Part shown: positions 18,243 to 31,600 of the stretch, one piece after another
Numbering within the stretch: the first letter of the stretch is position 1
How the letters are laid out: every line of letters begins with the position of its first letter
DNA from: a virus
DNA length: 64,000 nt
IMG/VR virus record: IMGVR_UViG_3300021091_000020
Coordinates: 59,503-123,502 of that record
Direction: 5' to 3' (one strand)
Made by a program: the position numbers and the translations under genes
Notes under the pieces: model-generated
Database searches by the model: none
Seen by the model: only the letters and a program-made list of their open reading frames with translations
What the model was told of the DNA's origin: nothing

Positions 18243-19454
18243 TTAAATTTGTAGAATACTACCAAAATTGTCTCCCGTGTAAATTTTTACTGACATATTA
18301 TCTGTCTCAAATGCAGACTGTAAAACATCAATTAAATCCATTTCATCTGGATGAATATCAAAAACAAAAGCATCATACAGATACATCATAAACACCGACT
18401 TCTTATTTTGTATATGCGGTAAAATACTTTTTATCTTACGAACATTGTATTCGGTTTCCAATGATTGAAGAACATAATTGAATACTTTATTGGGAGTTGC
18501 ATCTTGAATATCTCTGAAATTCTTTTCGTAAAACCAAGACTTAACTATACCATCGGTTTCATATACCGAATACAGTTCATCAATCATTGCTTGAACAGTT
18601 GTAAAGAAAGGATGTTCTATAAACTCTGGAGTTATAGTTCCATATATGTTCTGAAAAACTTTTCCTTTGAATTGTTCATAGTCCATGTCAATTCCTAATT
18701 CATCTTTTATTTGTTCATACGGATGACTTTGGAATTGATAATCCAATATCTTAGCAAGTAGTTTAATATGAAATGCATCATAATCAAACTGAACTATTTT
18801 GCCATCGTCAAACCTTGAACGGATTTTATCTCTACTACCGTTTTTCTTATTCATTGCGGAGAAATTAAAACCATCCCAAGCGTTACTTGGTCTACCAGTT
18901 GCAGTATACCACATATAGTTTTGTTTCTTCCATTCATCACCAACAAGAATATCATTTCTCTCTATTTCATGCAATACTGTGATAAAGTCATTGCAGTAAT
19001 CTATACATTTCTGTTCAATTGGATTATCTTCATAAATCTTCATAACATATTTTGCAATCTTTCTTGCCCATTCTAATTGTTTTGAAAGTGGTATTACATG
19101 GCCTAAATCTTCTATTTTGTAAAATTTATTGACAAGCGTTTCCATACCCTTCGGATAAAATTCTTTTGGATTGATACTGTCTGATGTATAATAATGTAGA
19201 TATGAATTTAGATCGATACCATCATTAAAACCGTTATAGACTAATGCCTTCTTATTCAATACAAGTGTTTTTGGATGCAATTTTATTTCATTCAAATGAA
19301 TGTCTGTATCTACTTCATCTGGATGTGTAAAGTTTATGTAATGTTCTTCACCATCGGTAAATAAAAAATACATACCGATAATGCCAACTGCAGATTGGTG
19401 TTTGTTTGCATTGCTTATGATTGGAATGCAAACCGAAGGTTTTTCTTGGAACAT
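18243..19454 (-). CDS. Short, divergent family A DNA polymerase-like protein
   Basis: TATGRPSN, motif A-like FDYDAFH, motif B-like ...IYG, FNYVLQS, motif C-like LYDAFVFD; only 403 aa. Confidence 0.7.
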   Translation of the reverse strand: MFQEKPSVCIPIISNANKHQSAVGIIGMYFLFTDGEEHYINFTHPDEVDTDIHLNEIKLHPKTLVLNKKALVYNGFNDGIDLNSYLHYYTSDSINPKEFYPKGMETLVNKFYKIEDLGHVIPLSKQLEWARKIAKYVMKIYEDNPIEQKCIDYCNDFITVLHEIERNDILVGDEWKKQNYMWYTATGRPSNAWDGFNFSAMNKKNGSRDKIRSRFDDGKIVQFDYDAFHIKLLAKILDYQFQSHPYEQIKDELGIDMDYEQFKGKVFQNIYGTITPEFIEHPFFTTVQAMIDELYSVYETDGIVKSWFYEKNFRDIQDATPNKVFNYVLQSLETEYNVRKIKSILPHIQNKKSVFMMYLYDAFVFDIHPDEMDLIDVLQSAFETDNMSVKIYTGDNFGSILQI

Positions 19455-19457
19455 AAG

Positions 19458-20132
19458 TTAGACTAATTTTAGTGTAGTATCATAAATTGTAAATTGTCTT
19501 GGATCTTTTATTATACTATCAAATATACTAACTTTTTTTGTAATGCGCAAAATAATTCTATTATTTGTATCAACAACGCCTGGATTTACCAAATAACCGT
19601 TGGCATCCAATACATCATATTCCGGACCGTTTATCTTCCAAGGAACATCTATCAATTCATACAAGTATTTATTTATACCAGCATGATCTCTATAATAATC
19701 TATTGTTTGATTTGGGGATATTTCAACGAAAAAAATTTGTGGTTCATTTCTTTTGTAAGCAAAATGTCTTATCATTTTACCGTCATTTAATTCACTTTCC
19801 GTTGGTATTCTAATAATGGGTATTGGCTTTGTGTATAATTCAAATTTAGCGAAAGGATTTACTTTAATCTTTCTTGTTCCATCTGGATTTTTTGTATATT
19901 GTTTTTGTTCAACATATTTGAAGTATGATGGTCCACGATCCTTATATTTAACAAGTCTAAATGATTTTCTTGGATCCCATTCAGACTCCGAATAAGTTTC
20001 TCCGGTAACATATTTATGATATGGTCCAATATACTCTTTCCAATTATCAATAGACATCCACTCTTTTCCATTTGTGAAAAGATTATTTTCTACTTGACTT
20101 GGGTGATAATATGTTCTTGATCTAAATGCCAT
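19458..20132 (-). CDS. Hypothetical protein, probably virion/baseplate-associated
   Basis: Last gene of the baseplate run; YIGPYH and WKINGP motifs. Confidence 0.6.
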   Translation of the reverse strand: MAFRSRTYYHPSQVENNLFTNGKEWMSIDNWKEYIGPYHKYVTGETYSESEWDPRKSFRLVKYKDRGPSYFKYVEQKQYTKNPDGTRKIKVNPFAKFELYTKPIPIIRIPTESELNDGKMIRHFAYKRNEPQIFFVEISPNQTIDYYRDHAGINKYLYELIDVPWKINGPEYDVLDANGYLVNPGVVDTNNRIILRITKKVSIFDSIIKDPRQFTIYDTTLKLV

Positions 20133-22277
20133 TTATCCACCCATACTTACTCTTGCTTTTGTATTTAGTGTTGTTGTCCAAGCACCTGCATCTATTTTGT
20201 GACTAACTTTTGTAACGGTGAATGTAACATTCCAAGGAGCTAGATTATATCTCGATGGTATTGCAAAACATCTTATTGTATCACCGAACTTAAATCCCAT
20301 AACACCATCTATTGTTAATGACAAATCTATTGGATATACGGCTTTATTCATCCAATGACCATTTCCGTTTGCACCACCCATTCCTGTTGATGCCGCTAAA
20401 GTTTTTTTCCATGCCGTTATCAACCCACGAACTTGCTCACCCCACGCATTATTAAAACCATCTGTTAATGCCGCTGCATATTTTGCCTGTAAATCTAATA
20501 ATGCTTTGTTTGCATTCGCAATCATTTGTGGCGCATTTCCTGTTCCACCAGTTGTTGGTGTCATTTTGACATCAGAGTTAGTTGCTTGATTTGCTCCTCT
20601 GCTTTGTCCACGAGCAGCAGTGTAAGCTGCCGCTGCAGATGCTGCTGGTGGTTTACATGTTATAGATGCATTTCGTATTATAGCACGGTAAATATCTGGT
20701 CTAAAATCAAAAGGCGCAATAGCGTTTATTATTTCTCTTGGCAAATTAGTATCTTCTATACTCAATATAGCACGAACAGGTGCTGCTGTTCCTCCACCAG
20801 CTGCGCCGGCATTCGATAAATCTTCATCTTCATATAAAACAGGTGTTATTTGATATACGTCACCAGATGCATAATTTATTCTTTTTGATATTGTTTCAAA
20901 AAAACTCGTTAAGTTTTTATGACTTATATTTGCAGCATTTTCTGCAACAAATTCTTTATATGTTTTTTTAATAAAATCTGTTCCAATTAATATTTCCCCA
21001 ATAGCTATATTATTTCCACCCAATACTCCTGGTGGAGCAATTGTTGCCGGTCCAGTAGACCATCTCAACGGAGCTGTTCCAGCTGTAAAAGGTGAAGATC
21101 CACCGTATTGTCCCATAATATCATCTGGAAAAAATATATCCAAGGGAAATGCAGATTTAATTTGATCACTCCATGCAGTAAAATTACCAAAAACTTGTAC
21201 AGTAAATAATCTACCCATTGTATGAGCTGTACCAGCAGGCGTTCCAGCTGCACCAGTTTCTAATTGATTTATTGCTTTATTGATAAACCCAACAATTGAT
21301 TGATACTTTACATAATAAAATGGTTTTGGAATTGGTTGTGTAGGTGGAGCAGCCGAAACAATTTGAGCAGATCCTTGTGTTTTAACAACAGGATCAGTAT
21401 TACCAGTAGCTTCCGGCTCTATCTCTTGAAATGGCAATCCTATCGCCCAATATTCTAACATTTTCATATTTGTGACTGCATAGCCAATATATGCAGCCGT
21501 CATTTGTGCCTGTGTAAATGTTGCAGCAAAACCACTAGCAGGATCTGCCATGTCTTTATCTATAACAGTTGCAATATTTGGACCCGGCAAAGGATTAGTT
21601 CCAACAGTAACATCTGGTGCAGCAGGATCTATTCCTGTGTTTACATCACCAGACATACCAGATGCAATAGTAGCGGCAGATACAACAGAACATTCTGCGG
21701 TTATTGACAAATCTGGATTTACACTCCAATTAAAGTTGTATATTATTCCGGTAAACTTTCCCCTACATGCTCTAGAATTACTTGCATGTACACTCCATCC
21801 CCAAGCAATATTTACTTCAGCACCGGGTGTAAAAAATGCGTTTTCAATTGCATCTATTTGAAAACCGTTTGTGGTTATTCTTGGATATATTGTAAACGTA
21901 AACTTGCCCTTCAATAACGATCCCATAGTACCTTCATTGCTTATATCCAAACTTTGTAACAATGGCATATTTGGAACATTTCTAGCAGCACTGTACATAG
22001 TAAGATTACCACCCCTATCGCTCATGACAGTAGATCCAGCTGTTCCTAAAACTATGGTAGTTCTAGTTGATGCTATTCTACACCAAGGTTTTTTTCCATA
22101 TGACCAATTTAAGTTTCTAGCGGCATCACCACCTCCAGTACCACGAGCAGGTGCCCTGGCTCCTCTAACTCTTTGACCATGAAATAAACCTCTTGTGTTT
22201 AATTCTGCACTAACATATCCATCAACTTGTCTATAAAACGGGCTTTCATATCCACCTCTTGCACCTGATACTGGCAT
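20133..22277 (-). CDS. Baseplate hub-like protein (gp27/gpD-like)
   Basis: Follows the LysM-like gene; C-terminal LSLTIDG...FTVTKVSHKI...WTTTL typical of hub proteins. Confidence 0.6.
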   Translation of the reverse strand: MPVSGARGGYESPFYRQVDGYVSAELNTRGLFHGQRVRGARAPARGTGGGDAARNLNWSYGKKPWCRIASTRTTIVLGTAGSTVMSDRGGNLTMYSAARNVPNMPLLQSLDISNEGTMGSLLKGKFTFTIYPRITTNGFQIDAIENAFFTPGAEVNIAWGWSVHASNSRACRGKFTGIIYNFNWSVNPDLSITAECSVVSAATIASGMSGDVNTGIDPAAPDVTVGTNPLPGPNIATVIDKDMADPASGFAATFTQAQMTAAYIGYAVTNMKMLEYWAIGLPFQEIEPEATGNTDPVVKTQGSAQIVSAAPPTQPIPKPFYYVKYQSIVGFINKAINQLETGAAGTPAGTAHTMGRLFTVQVFGNFTAWSDQIKSAFPLDIFFPDDIMGQYGGSSPFTAGTAPLRWSTGPATIAPPGVLGGNNIAIGEILIGTDFIKKTYKEFVAENAANISHKNLTSFFETISKRINYASGDVYQITPVLYEDEDLSNAGAAGGGTAAPVRAILSIEDTNLPREIINAIAPFDFRPDIYRAIIRNASITCKPPAASAAAAYTAARGQSRGANQATNSDVKMTPTTGGTGNAPQMIANANKALLDLQAKYAAALTDGFNNAWGEQVRGLITAWKKTLAASTGMGGANGNGHWMNKAVYPIDLSLTIDGVMGFKFGDTIRCFAIPSRYNLAPWNVTFTVTKVSHKIDAGAWTTTLNTKARVSMGG

Positions 22278-22280
22278 TTT

Positions 22281-22616
22281 TTATCTCTCCTCGTTAAATA
22301 CTCTAATCAATGCACTGATACCAGAATATTCTGCATATCTAGGTATTCGTATTATCATACCAGCAGGTATATTCAATGTACCTCTACCTAAATTATTTGA
22401 AATTGCTATAACATGCCAAAAAGTTTCATCACCGTAGTATTCTTTTGCTAACAAATCAAGTCTGTCTCCCGGTTGTGATAATATGATACTATCACCTGCG
22501 GTGTCCAATAGTGGATAAAATGTTGAAGATAATCTGCTAACTTTATGAGTGTCACCCTTTGAATCTATTTTTTTAGATCCAGTAACAATAGTGCAAATAC
22601 TATATCTATTTTCCAT
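22281..22616 (-). CDS. LysM-like baseplate wedge protein (gp53/gpX-like)
   Basis: GDRLDLLAKEYYGDETFWHVIAISN...IRIP. Confidence 0.85.
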   Translation of the reverse strand: MENRYSICTIVTGSKKIDSKGDTHKVSRLSSTFYPLLDTAGDSIILSQPGDRLDLLAKEYYGDETFWHVIAISNNLGRGTLNIPAGMIIRIPRYAEYSGISALIRVFNEER

Positions 22617-22677
22617 TTAAAATCCATCTATTGATACAACAATAATTAACTATCTATAAATATAAAAAAGGTAAAAT

Positions 22678-25600
22678 TTATGGTGCACCCGTTGCTGTCA
22701 AAGCAGCAGCTGGAATAGCTCCTTCTTCGCCCGGAGCAACTGCCATATATTCTATAGCATCTTGATCACCACCAGCAATTGTAGTACTTGTGGCTGTTGC
22801 AGTTGGATTTGCTGCAGGACCTGGCATCGCTATATTATCAAATGGATTAAACCAATTGACTCTAGGAGTGCCCATAGATGCATCTGGAATAAGACCGGTT
22901 TCGATAGATCCACCACCCATTCTATCATCATATAATGGATAGAATACACCATATCTTTCAGGACGATATACACCAATTGGTACAAATCCAACAGAAACTT
23001 GTATAGTTTTTGGTAACTGAAGCGCACCTGGAGCCGATTCAGCTACAATACTTGCATCAGTTGCAACATTATATCTATCTCCTTCCAAATGAGCGGTTTC
23101 CCATGTACCATTCGCATTGTCAAATGTATAACTCAAATTACTGATGTATCCTGGCATTTTTCTAAATAGATTACCGATGTTTAATCTGCAAAGTGGTGCA
23201 CGAATGAAACCTGCACTTGTATATTCAGGTGCTGTCCATCCTGCTAAATAATTCAATTTACGCCAAGATGCCTTCGCTTCATCGCGCGATCCAATATGTA
23301 CGGTGAAATTAAAACTAACATCTCTCTCATATCCATCGTAAGTATAGAGTGGATCTCCTCTACCCATATATTTTACAGCAGACCATGATGGTTTGTGATT
23401 GTCAGTTATACTATCGAATATAGCTCGAAATACAATTACTTCTGCAGGACAGTAATTATGACCATCTAAAACAATACTTGAAAAATAAAATTCTATCAAA
23501 TCATCCTTACCCGGATTGTTTATATTATCAAACGCCCCTTTTTCATAAACAAGTTCGTGATTTAAAGCAACATTAGCTCTCTTGTAATCAATTATATTTA
23601 TTCTATCGCCTCTAAATTGATATGGTGGAGCACCTGCAGCTGCGGCTTTCACTATCGGAACAGGAAATGTTCTAAAAGCGACTCCTCTACCAGTTGCGCC
23701 CGCAACAAGTGCAGGAGTAAACAATGGGCCCATTATAGCCGTTTGTACTTTTTCATATATTATATTTGTTACTCTTGGATTTCCTCTGTCTGAACCAGGA
23801 TCTCCGTGTTTTCCTAAACCAAATTTTGTCTCCAAGTTATTTTGATCATAATCCACTACCGCAGGATGAGTTGAAAACTTAAAAGCCATAACAGTTGGCC
23901 ATACAGTAGTATTTCTTGGTGATGCAGCACCAACATTTGTTGCATCAAAGTCATCAATATCCCATCTAAAATCGTTCCATTTCTCACTTCTATTTGGAGT
24001 CCAACTTGGATTGAAATAATTTACACCAGGATTAATTCTAGTAGCGGGAATGGGTGGTCTTGAAGATGCAGGACTTGTTGATCCAAATCTATTTTTACTA
24101 TACCAAGGAGATGTTTTAAAATGTTTAACATTATCAATTGCTATATTATTTATATTCGCATTTATTGTGTCCATGGTGGTATTAGCACTGCCTCTACCTG
24201 ATGTTATTTCTTGAACCGTTGTATTCCTTAATCTATTTTGAGAAGATTCATAAGGAAAATTAAATGTATCCATTGCATTTATTTTTCTAGTTGTTATCGG
24301 TTGTATTGTTACATTTTCACCCCGAAATGGATGTTGGGGATCATTTGGCTCATAAATGCCATGCACATCAAATATACCGTTTAATCTATCTTTATTCTTT
24401 GTTGCTAAACCAGTTGTAATTGCATACAAATCGCCACCCAATTCATTTTGTGGAACTGTACTCGTTGATCTCAATGCATTTTGAACTTTTAATAATCTAT
24501 CTTTGTATGTTGAATAAAAATCTATTGCAAAAAATGTTTCTCTTTGTTTTCCTTCAAGTATACCATCTTGTGTTAATTCTGGACCATGCGTTGAATAAGT
24601 ACCAATTAATTTATGACGAGATTTACTTATTACAGTTCCACCAATCCCAAGAAACGATGAAGCTCCTCCAAAAGTAGATGAAATTCGTATAATTTCTCCG
24701 TCAGTCAATCTCTGTCTATGTGTGGACTTCAGTGAATTACTACTTTTTACTCGCAATTCTGATATTGGATCAACTGACTGTGGTACTGTTACTGGATTGC
24801 CAGGATTAGTATATGTTGCCGTTGTATTTGCAGATTGAGCTGGACCAGAATACTGTGTGCTGATGTCACTAAAATCAAATCCACCACCTGCAACATCGTA
24901 TTCCATTGAATTATCAAATCCTTGTGTCTCAACATTTGGTGCTCTTAATAAAATAGGTGCAAATGATTGTGGCAATAATTCTTTCATCAAACCAATTAAA
25001 CGATTGTATCTTCTTTGACGCGTTATTGCATTTCGTCTAGTTGGTTCTTCAAAATAATCAAGCGCCTCAGCAGTTCCTTGTGAGAGTTGATTACCCGCGC
25101 TTTGTCTTCCAGATATGGAGGAATCCATATCTAAATCGTGATCAGCACGCACAGCATTCCAATTTGGATTTTCTTCTGCAGGAATCATCCAATCGCCATT
25201 TAATCTTCTATGAAAAGACCTTTTTAGATAATTTATACCAGCAATATTTTGATCTATAAATCCAGTTTTATTCCTATATGTTGTTTGTGCCTCATATCCC
25301 CTATTTAAATCTTGTGGAACATTTTGTCTTTGATTTGGATTACCGGTTATATTTCCCAAAGTTGGTCTATATGCAAGATTATTGTTTGCATCAGTTGTAC
25401 TTACCGGATCACCTTGGCCTGCAGCAACAGAATATTGTGTTGTAAATAATAATTCTCTATAATTCGGAGGTTGTTGCATTACACCATTGAAACCAAATCC
25501 AGTTGATCCCCAATGTCTTTGCCAATGAAGACCTATTCCTTTACCAACTGCACTTATTATAGTAGAAAATGGATTATACAACATAGTTGGTGAAGGCATG

Positions 25601-28600
25601 AATATATTTGGATCGGTACTTCTTACTTGATCCGGATTGGAAGATCCATCACCAAATCCAGGCAATACTGAATTTCCTAAAGTATATGTTTGTCTATTTG
25701 GACCACTATCGGTTGATGAACGGGTTTGAAAAACATCAAACGGTTCATTCCATGAATCCATATATGGATTCATAAATTGTAGACCAAATTGTTTTACAAT
25801 CCACAACAAACCTTTACCGGATGTCATCCATTTACCAATTCTCTGTAAATCGGCAAGACTTCTATCTAATAGTGTAGATGGACTATTTCTACCACATGAT
25901 AATACACCCCATCCCCAATTGGCACCTATATTCGATGTGTAATAAGGTTGATCCCATATTAAATCTGGATTGTAAGAATCTTTACGCAAATCAAATTTAT
26001 TGTATTCTTTTTCAAGAGCACCAGATTTTATTGCCCATCTTCCAAGAAATCCATATCTTCTTACAAGATTTGCACTTGAATCATCTTGAACTGAAAAACC
26101 TATTTGATTTGTAATATTTTCATATCGGCCACCGCTACCATCATTGGTTATATTTTTTAACGCAGCTTCATCATTATCAATCGGTTGTGCCCACCAACCA
26201 TTTTTTAATTGTTGTTCATATGGACCACCTATAAACTTTTGTGAATTTGCATTATCACCCTGCAAATCAGTAAAATAAGTAGTTGGTCTTCTATATCCAT
26301 AAAATCTATTGGTTTTATCAGAAGTATATTGAGGGTATTGATTTGCCATTGTAGCAAAAAGTAAATTACCCATTTTACTAGACCAAGGACGTTTTCCCAA
26401 AGAATCTGGTAAATACGTATTTAAAAATTCTTGTTCAGATCCATTATCTAATGTACTCAATGTTCCTTGCTTATGTCCGTGGGCAACGGAATAAACCACT
26501 TGTGATACCAATGCCTCTCTTACAAATCTTTGGTCAGAATTAACATTATTAGCTCTTAAAATTTCACTATAATTTTCTATGGTTGGCATTATTATTGGAT
26601 ATTTTGTTCCATAAAATAATGTCATAAACGGTAAAAATCCATCACTTTGTTTGAATGGGTATGTGTTTCCTGGTCTTATTGATTTTGTAGTATTAGAGAA
26701 GAAACTAAAAAATCTTGTATATTTTTGTTTAGCATCTGTAAACGAGTATTTTGATCCAAGTGTACTATCATAGTATTGATTACCAACGCCCAATCTATTC
26801 ATTAACCGAAGTAAAAATCTTGTAGTTTGTAAATTTTGCTCGTTTTGATCAAATGTAGGTCTATTTAATGTTCCCAAAAATGGCACAAACCCTCTTATAC
26901 CTTGAACTAAACCGGATGCATTTCCTAATCGTCCAGGATCTCTTCCAGATTTATCAAAGTCCGTTGGATATGAGAAACCATTTGGTGCAGGAAAGAAATC
27001 AGTATATGGATCAGCAGTTGCAAGGACAGACAGTTCTGAAAGATACGGTGAATATGCAGTTTGAGTCTTGTTTATGAAAAATGTTCTAAATCCTGGATCA
27101 AGACCTTCTTTTCTAAATAATTCAGGAGGATTAACTCCAGCACGACCTATCTGAACATTTGGTGAGTTTTGTATACTAAATAAAACAATCTTTCTAGCAT
27201 GATCAGTTTTTGGTTCTATCTGTGGAAAAAATGTAACTGCTGGTGCATTTGTACGTATTCCATTCCAATCAAAATAGGAAGAATCTTCAATGTATTTTGA
27301 ATCCAATCCTAATGCAAAAGTATGAAATCCACTTCTTGTAAACAAATTATTTTTATCAAAATAATTAACAGCAGGTGCATTTAATTTAGTACCATCATAA
27401 TCAAATATAGATGAATCTGGAACATATTTTGAGTCATATATTTTTGCTAGTATATGAAAACCTGCAGTTGTTTTGTGAATGTATGGATCTTTATTTCCAA
27501 CCATTCCCAATTGATGTAATATACTACCAGGATTAATTTGAGAAGAATTATTGTTTAATTGTCCATTGATAACAACAGGAGTTGCATTTGTTGTTCCTGG
27601 TTTTGAATTACCATCTATATTATCCGATGATGAACCTAATCCTTCAACCATTCTCATAGAAGGATTATCAAAGAAATTAACTGGTAATGGATTTTTAAAT
27701 GTCAATCTATCAACGTTTCCAACCCAACCATATTGATCAGTATTCATAATATATTGAGTATCATACTTTTGAGCGAAAGTATGAAATCCTGCATATGTTA
27801 CGCCCTCAATTTTAAAATCAAATCTTCTTTGTACTCCCCCAACAGTTGTAAATGCGGGATATTTTGAAGCCATAACTTGTATCCCACGTAAATAATCCCC
27901 ACCACCAAGATTAAATCTAATAAATGCGTCACGTCCTCTAGCACTATCAAAATAATCAACAGCAGGTGCTTTATCTCTTGTACCATCCCAATCAAATCTT
28001 GATGCTCCTGGAATATATTTTGAAATATAATGCTCTGCAAATATATCAAAACCAGACAAAGTTTTTTTAATGTATGCGTCTTTTGTACCAATAGTTTTTA
28101 AGAAAGAAAATCCTCCTATTGGCGATCTTAAATTGTATGCCTCATAATTTTGTGTTGTTCCAGGATTATCCAAAAAGTTATTATCACCAACATTAAATCT
28201 TGCACGATAACGATTTATTGATCTAAATGCATCAAAAAAATCTACGCCTATCGGATTTGTAAAGTTTGTCCTATCTGCTCTACCATCCCAATCATATAAT
28301 GATGAATCTTTAATATACTTGGTATCATACTTTTGTGCAAATATATGAAAACCTGCAGTAGTTTTTGCAATAAAATCTTTTGGTCTATTGAACGCAGCCA
28401 ATAATGAGTTTGCCTCTGATGTTGTTCTATTTGATTCAAGAGTATCAAAGTAATCAACTGGAATAGGATTCCTAAAATTAGTTTTATCAGGAACACCATC
28501 CCAATCATACAATGATGCATATTTAATATATTTTGTATCGTACTTTTGTGCAAAAATATGGAAACCAGCAGTTGTAGTTGCATAAAACTGTCTTGGTATA

Positions 28601-31600
28601 TTTGGATTTATTAATATAGAATTTAACTCTGATGTTGTTCTATTTGTTTTTGCCGTATCAAAATAATCAACAGCAGGTGCTTTATATTTTGTACCATCCC
28701 AATCAAAACGAGAACTTTCAGGAATATATTTTGAATCATATAATTGAGCAAATATATGGAAACCACCAAATGTTTTTGCAATAAATTTATCTTTTATACC
28801 AACCGTCATTATACCATCACGATAATCATTTGGGGTATTTATGATAAATTGAGTCCCAAATCTTCTAGCATTAGCATTTGGGTTATCAAAATAATCTACT
28901 GGAATTGGATTTGTAAAATTCTTTCTATCAGGTTTTCCATCCCAATCATATCGAGAAGAATTGCGAATATATTTTGTATCATATAATTGAGCAAACTTAT
29001 GGAAACCGGCGGTGGTAAATGAAATAAACCCATTTGTAAATTCTGATGTAGTTCTATTTGTTTGAGCAATATCAAAATAATTAACAACTGGCGCTTTATC
29101 TCTCGAACCATCCCAATTGTATTCTGATGATTCTGTAATGTATTTTGTATCATACTTTTGTGGGAATGTGTGAAAACCGCCTATTGTGTTTGCAATAAAT
29201 GATCTTGGGACATTAAATTGAGCAAGCAAAGAATTTTGTTCAGTAGCAGTTCTACTAGTTCCAGCAACATCAAAATAATTTACAGCAGGAGCAACTTGTT
29301 TGTCACCGTCCCAATCATATATCGAAGAACCACGAACATATTTTGTATCATATATTTGTGCAAACTTATGAAAACCAGCAGTTGTTTTTGGAACAAACCC
29401 GCTAGGAAATTCTGATGTAGTTCTATTTGTTCCGGCAACATCAAAATAATTTACAGTTGGTGCGTCTATTCTATTTCCATCCCAATCAAATCTAGATGTT
29501 TCTTCTATAAATTTAGTATCATATAACTGTGCAAATGTATGGAAACCTGTTGTTGTATTTTCAGCATACAAGTCAAAATAATTTACAGCAGGTGCCTTAT
29601 CACGTGTTCCATCCCAATCAAAGAATGATCTTTCTGGAATATATTTTGAGTCATATTTTCTAGCAAATGTATGAAAACCTGTTGTTGTAAAATCTTTACT
29701 TAAATCAAAATAATTTACAGCAGGTGCTTTTCTGCGTTCACCATTCCAATCAAATCTAGATCTTTCTGGAATATATTTTGTATCATATATTTGTGCAAAG
29801 GTATGAAAACCTGTTGAAGTAAATCGACCATTTATGTCAAAGTAATTTATAGCAGGTGCATTTACCCCAATACCATCCCAATCAAATTCTGACGAATCTT
29901 TAACAAATTTACTATCGTATTTTTGTGCAAATACATGAAAACCTGTTGTTGCATTTTTTAAATCAACATCAAAATAATTTACAGCAGGTGCATTTTTTCT
30001 TTTACCATCCCAATCGAATATGGATGCACCCCTCACATATTTGCTATCATATATGTCAGCTAATTTATGAAATCCTTTTTTTGTATATGTGGAATTTATA
30101 TCAAAGAAATTTACTTCTGGAGATTTTGTTCTCTTTCCATCCCAATCATATATTGAAGATTGATTGATATATTTTGTATCATATATTTGAGCAAAAGTAT
30201 GAAATCCTGCATTACTTTTTTCTTTATTAAAATCAAAATAATTTACATTAGGTGCTAAAGGTTTTTTGCCTTTCCATGTAAATCGTGATATATTATCAAT
30301 GTAATTTGATGTCAATGCGCTTGCAAATAAAGTAAAACCAGCATTCGTATGTTGATTTGTTACATCAAAAAAGTTTACATTTCGGACAGTTACAAATGAA
30401 TAATCAGATGTATCAGTATTGTACAAAGTTTCTCTTGGTTGTGCAAATGTTTTGAAACCCTTTGCATGTTCATCTATAATAAAATCAACAGACGGTGCAG
30501 TTTTTTTAATACCCGGCCAACCAAAAATTGAACTAAATTTATTAACTAAATCCGTAGACTTTTGATTTATACTAAATCCTCTAAAAAATCTATCATCAAA
30601 ATTGTTTACACCGGTTGGGTTATTGAATGAATATAAAGATTTTGTTGGGTTTTCATTTCTACCAGATGGATTGGTCTTGATTACATCATCTACATTATAG
30701 ATACTGTTATCTTTATCTTGTATAGTTTCACGACTATATCTCAACAAATCCGGTTCTTGTATTGGTCTTCTACTTTCAAGCATAGAATTTGAAACAAACT
30801 CTATTGTTTTTCCTTTTGGATTTAATTCACTTTCATCGGTAAAATGATTTGTTCCGGATTGTATTCTGAATACTTTTGTTTTTGGATCAGTAACAAGACC
30901 TTCCTTTATTGTATCTTTTATTATATTCGGTGTTGTATTTTCTTTATTTGATGGTTTAAATACCGTATTTAAAGCAATGTTTGGATTAACAACATTATTT
31001 ATCGGTGAAAATAAATTTTTATTTATTACTACCGATTGTTTTTCTCTGTTTATTGTAAGTGGTTTACCATCTATTTTTATTTCTGGAATAATAATGTTAT
31101 TTGTTTCTTCATTATTATCGGTTAATATATTTGGTGTTTGTTGTATTCTATCAACTGTTTGCTTAAATATTTCAGGATTTATACCAGATTGATTGTTATT
31201 CGTTCCTCTTTCTGTTTTTATTATCAATGTATTTGAAGAATTTAAGTTGTTTACAATTTCTTCTTGTTTTATTTCTCCAAATTTTGAAGTAACATTTTCT
31301 ATTGTAGATCTACCAAGTGAATATGTATCTACATCTATATTTTTTGGAGATAATCCTGATACGGAATTAAGCATCATGTCATCAAAATCTTTGCGTACAA
31401 TATCATCCAATTTTGATTTTTTTAGCCTTTCATCTATCGGTGTTTGCTTTGGTTTTTTTATTTCTGGTATAGACGTTAGTAATCTATCGGTAATAGGTTG
31501 ATTTGTTGCAAAACCTTTACTACTTTTTGCAACGGATGTTTGTGGACCTTCTTTTTCTTCTATGGAAGTTTCAGCTCTATATTTTGATAAGTCTGACTTT

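Noticed and set aside
27050-30560. Periodic DNA repeats that could suggest a CRISPR array or a DGR template/variable pair
   Set aside because: Repeats are degenerate, in frame and conserved at the protein level; no identical direct repeats with spacers, no obvious adenine-specific variation, no reverse transcriptase or cas gene in the window
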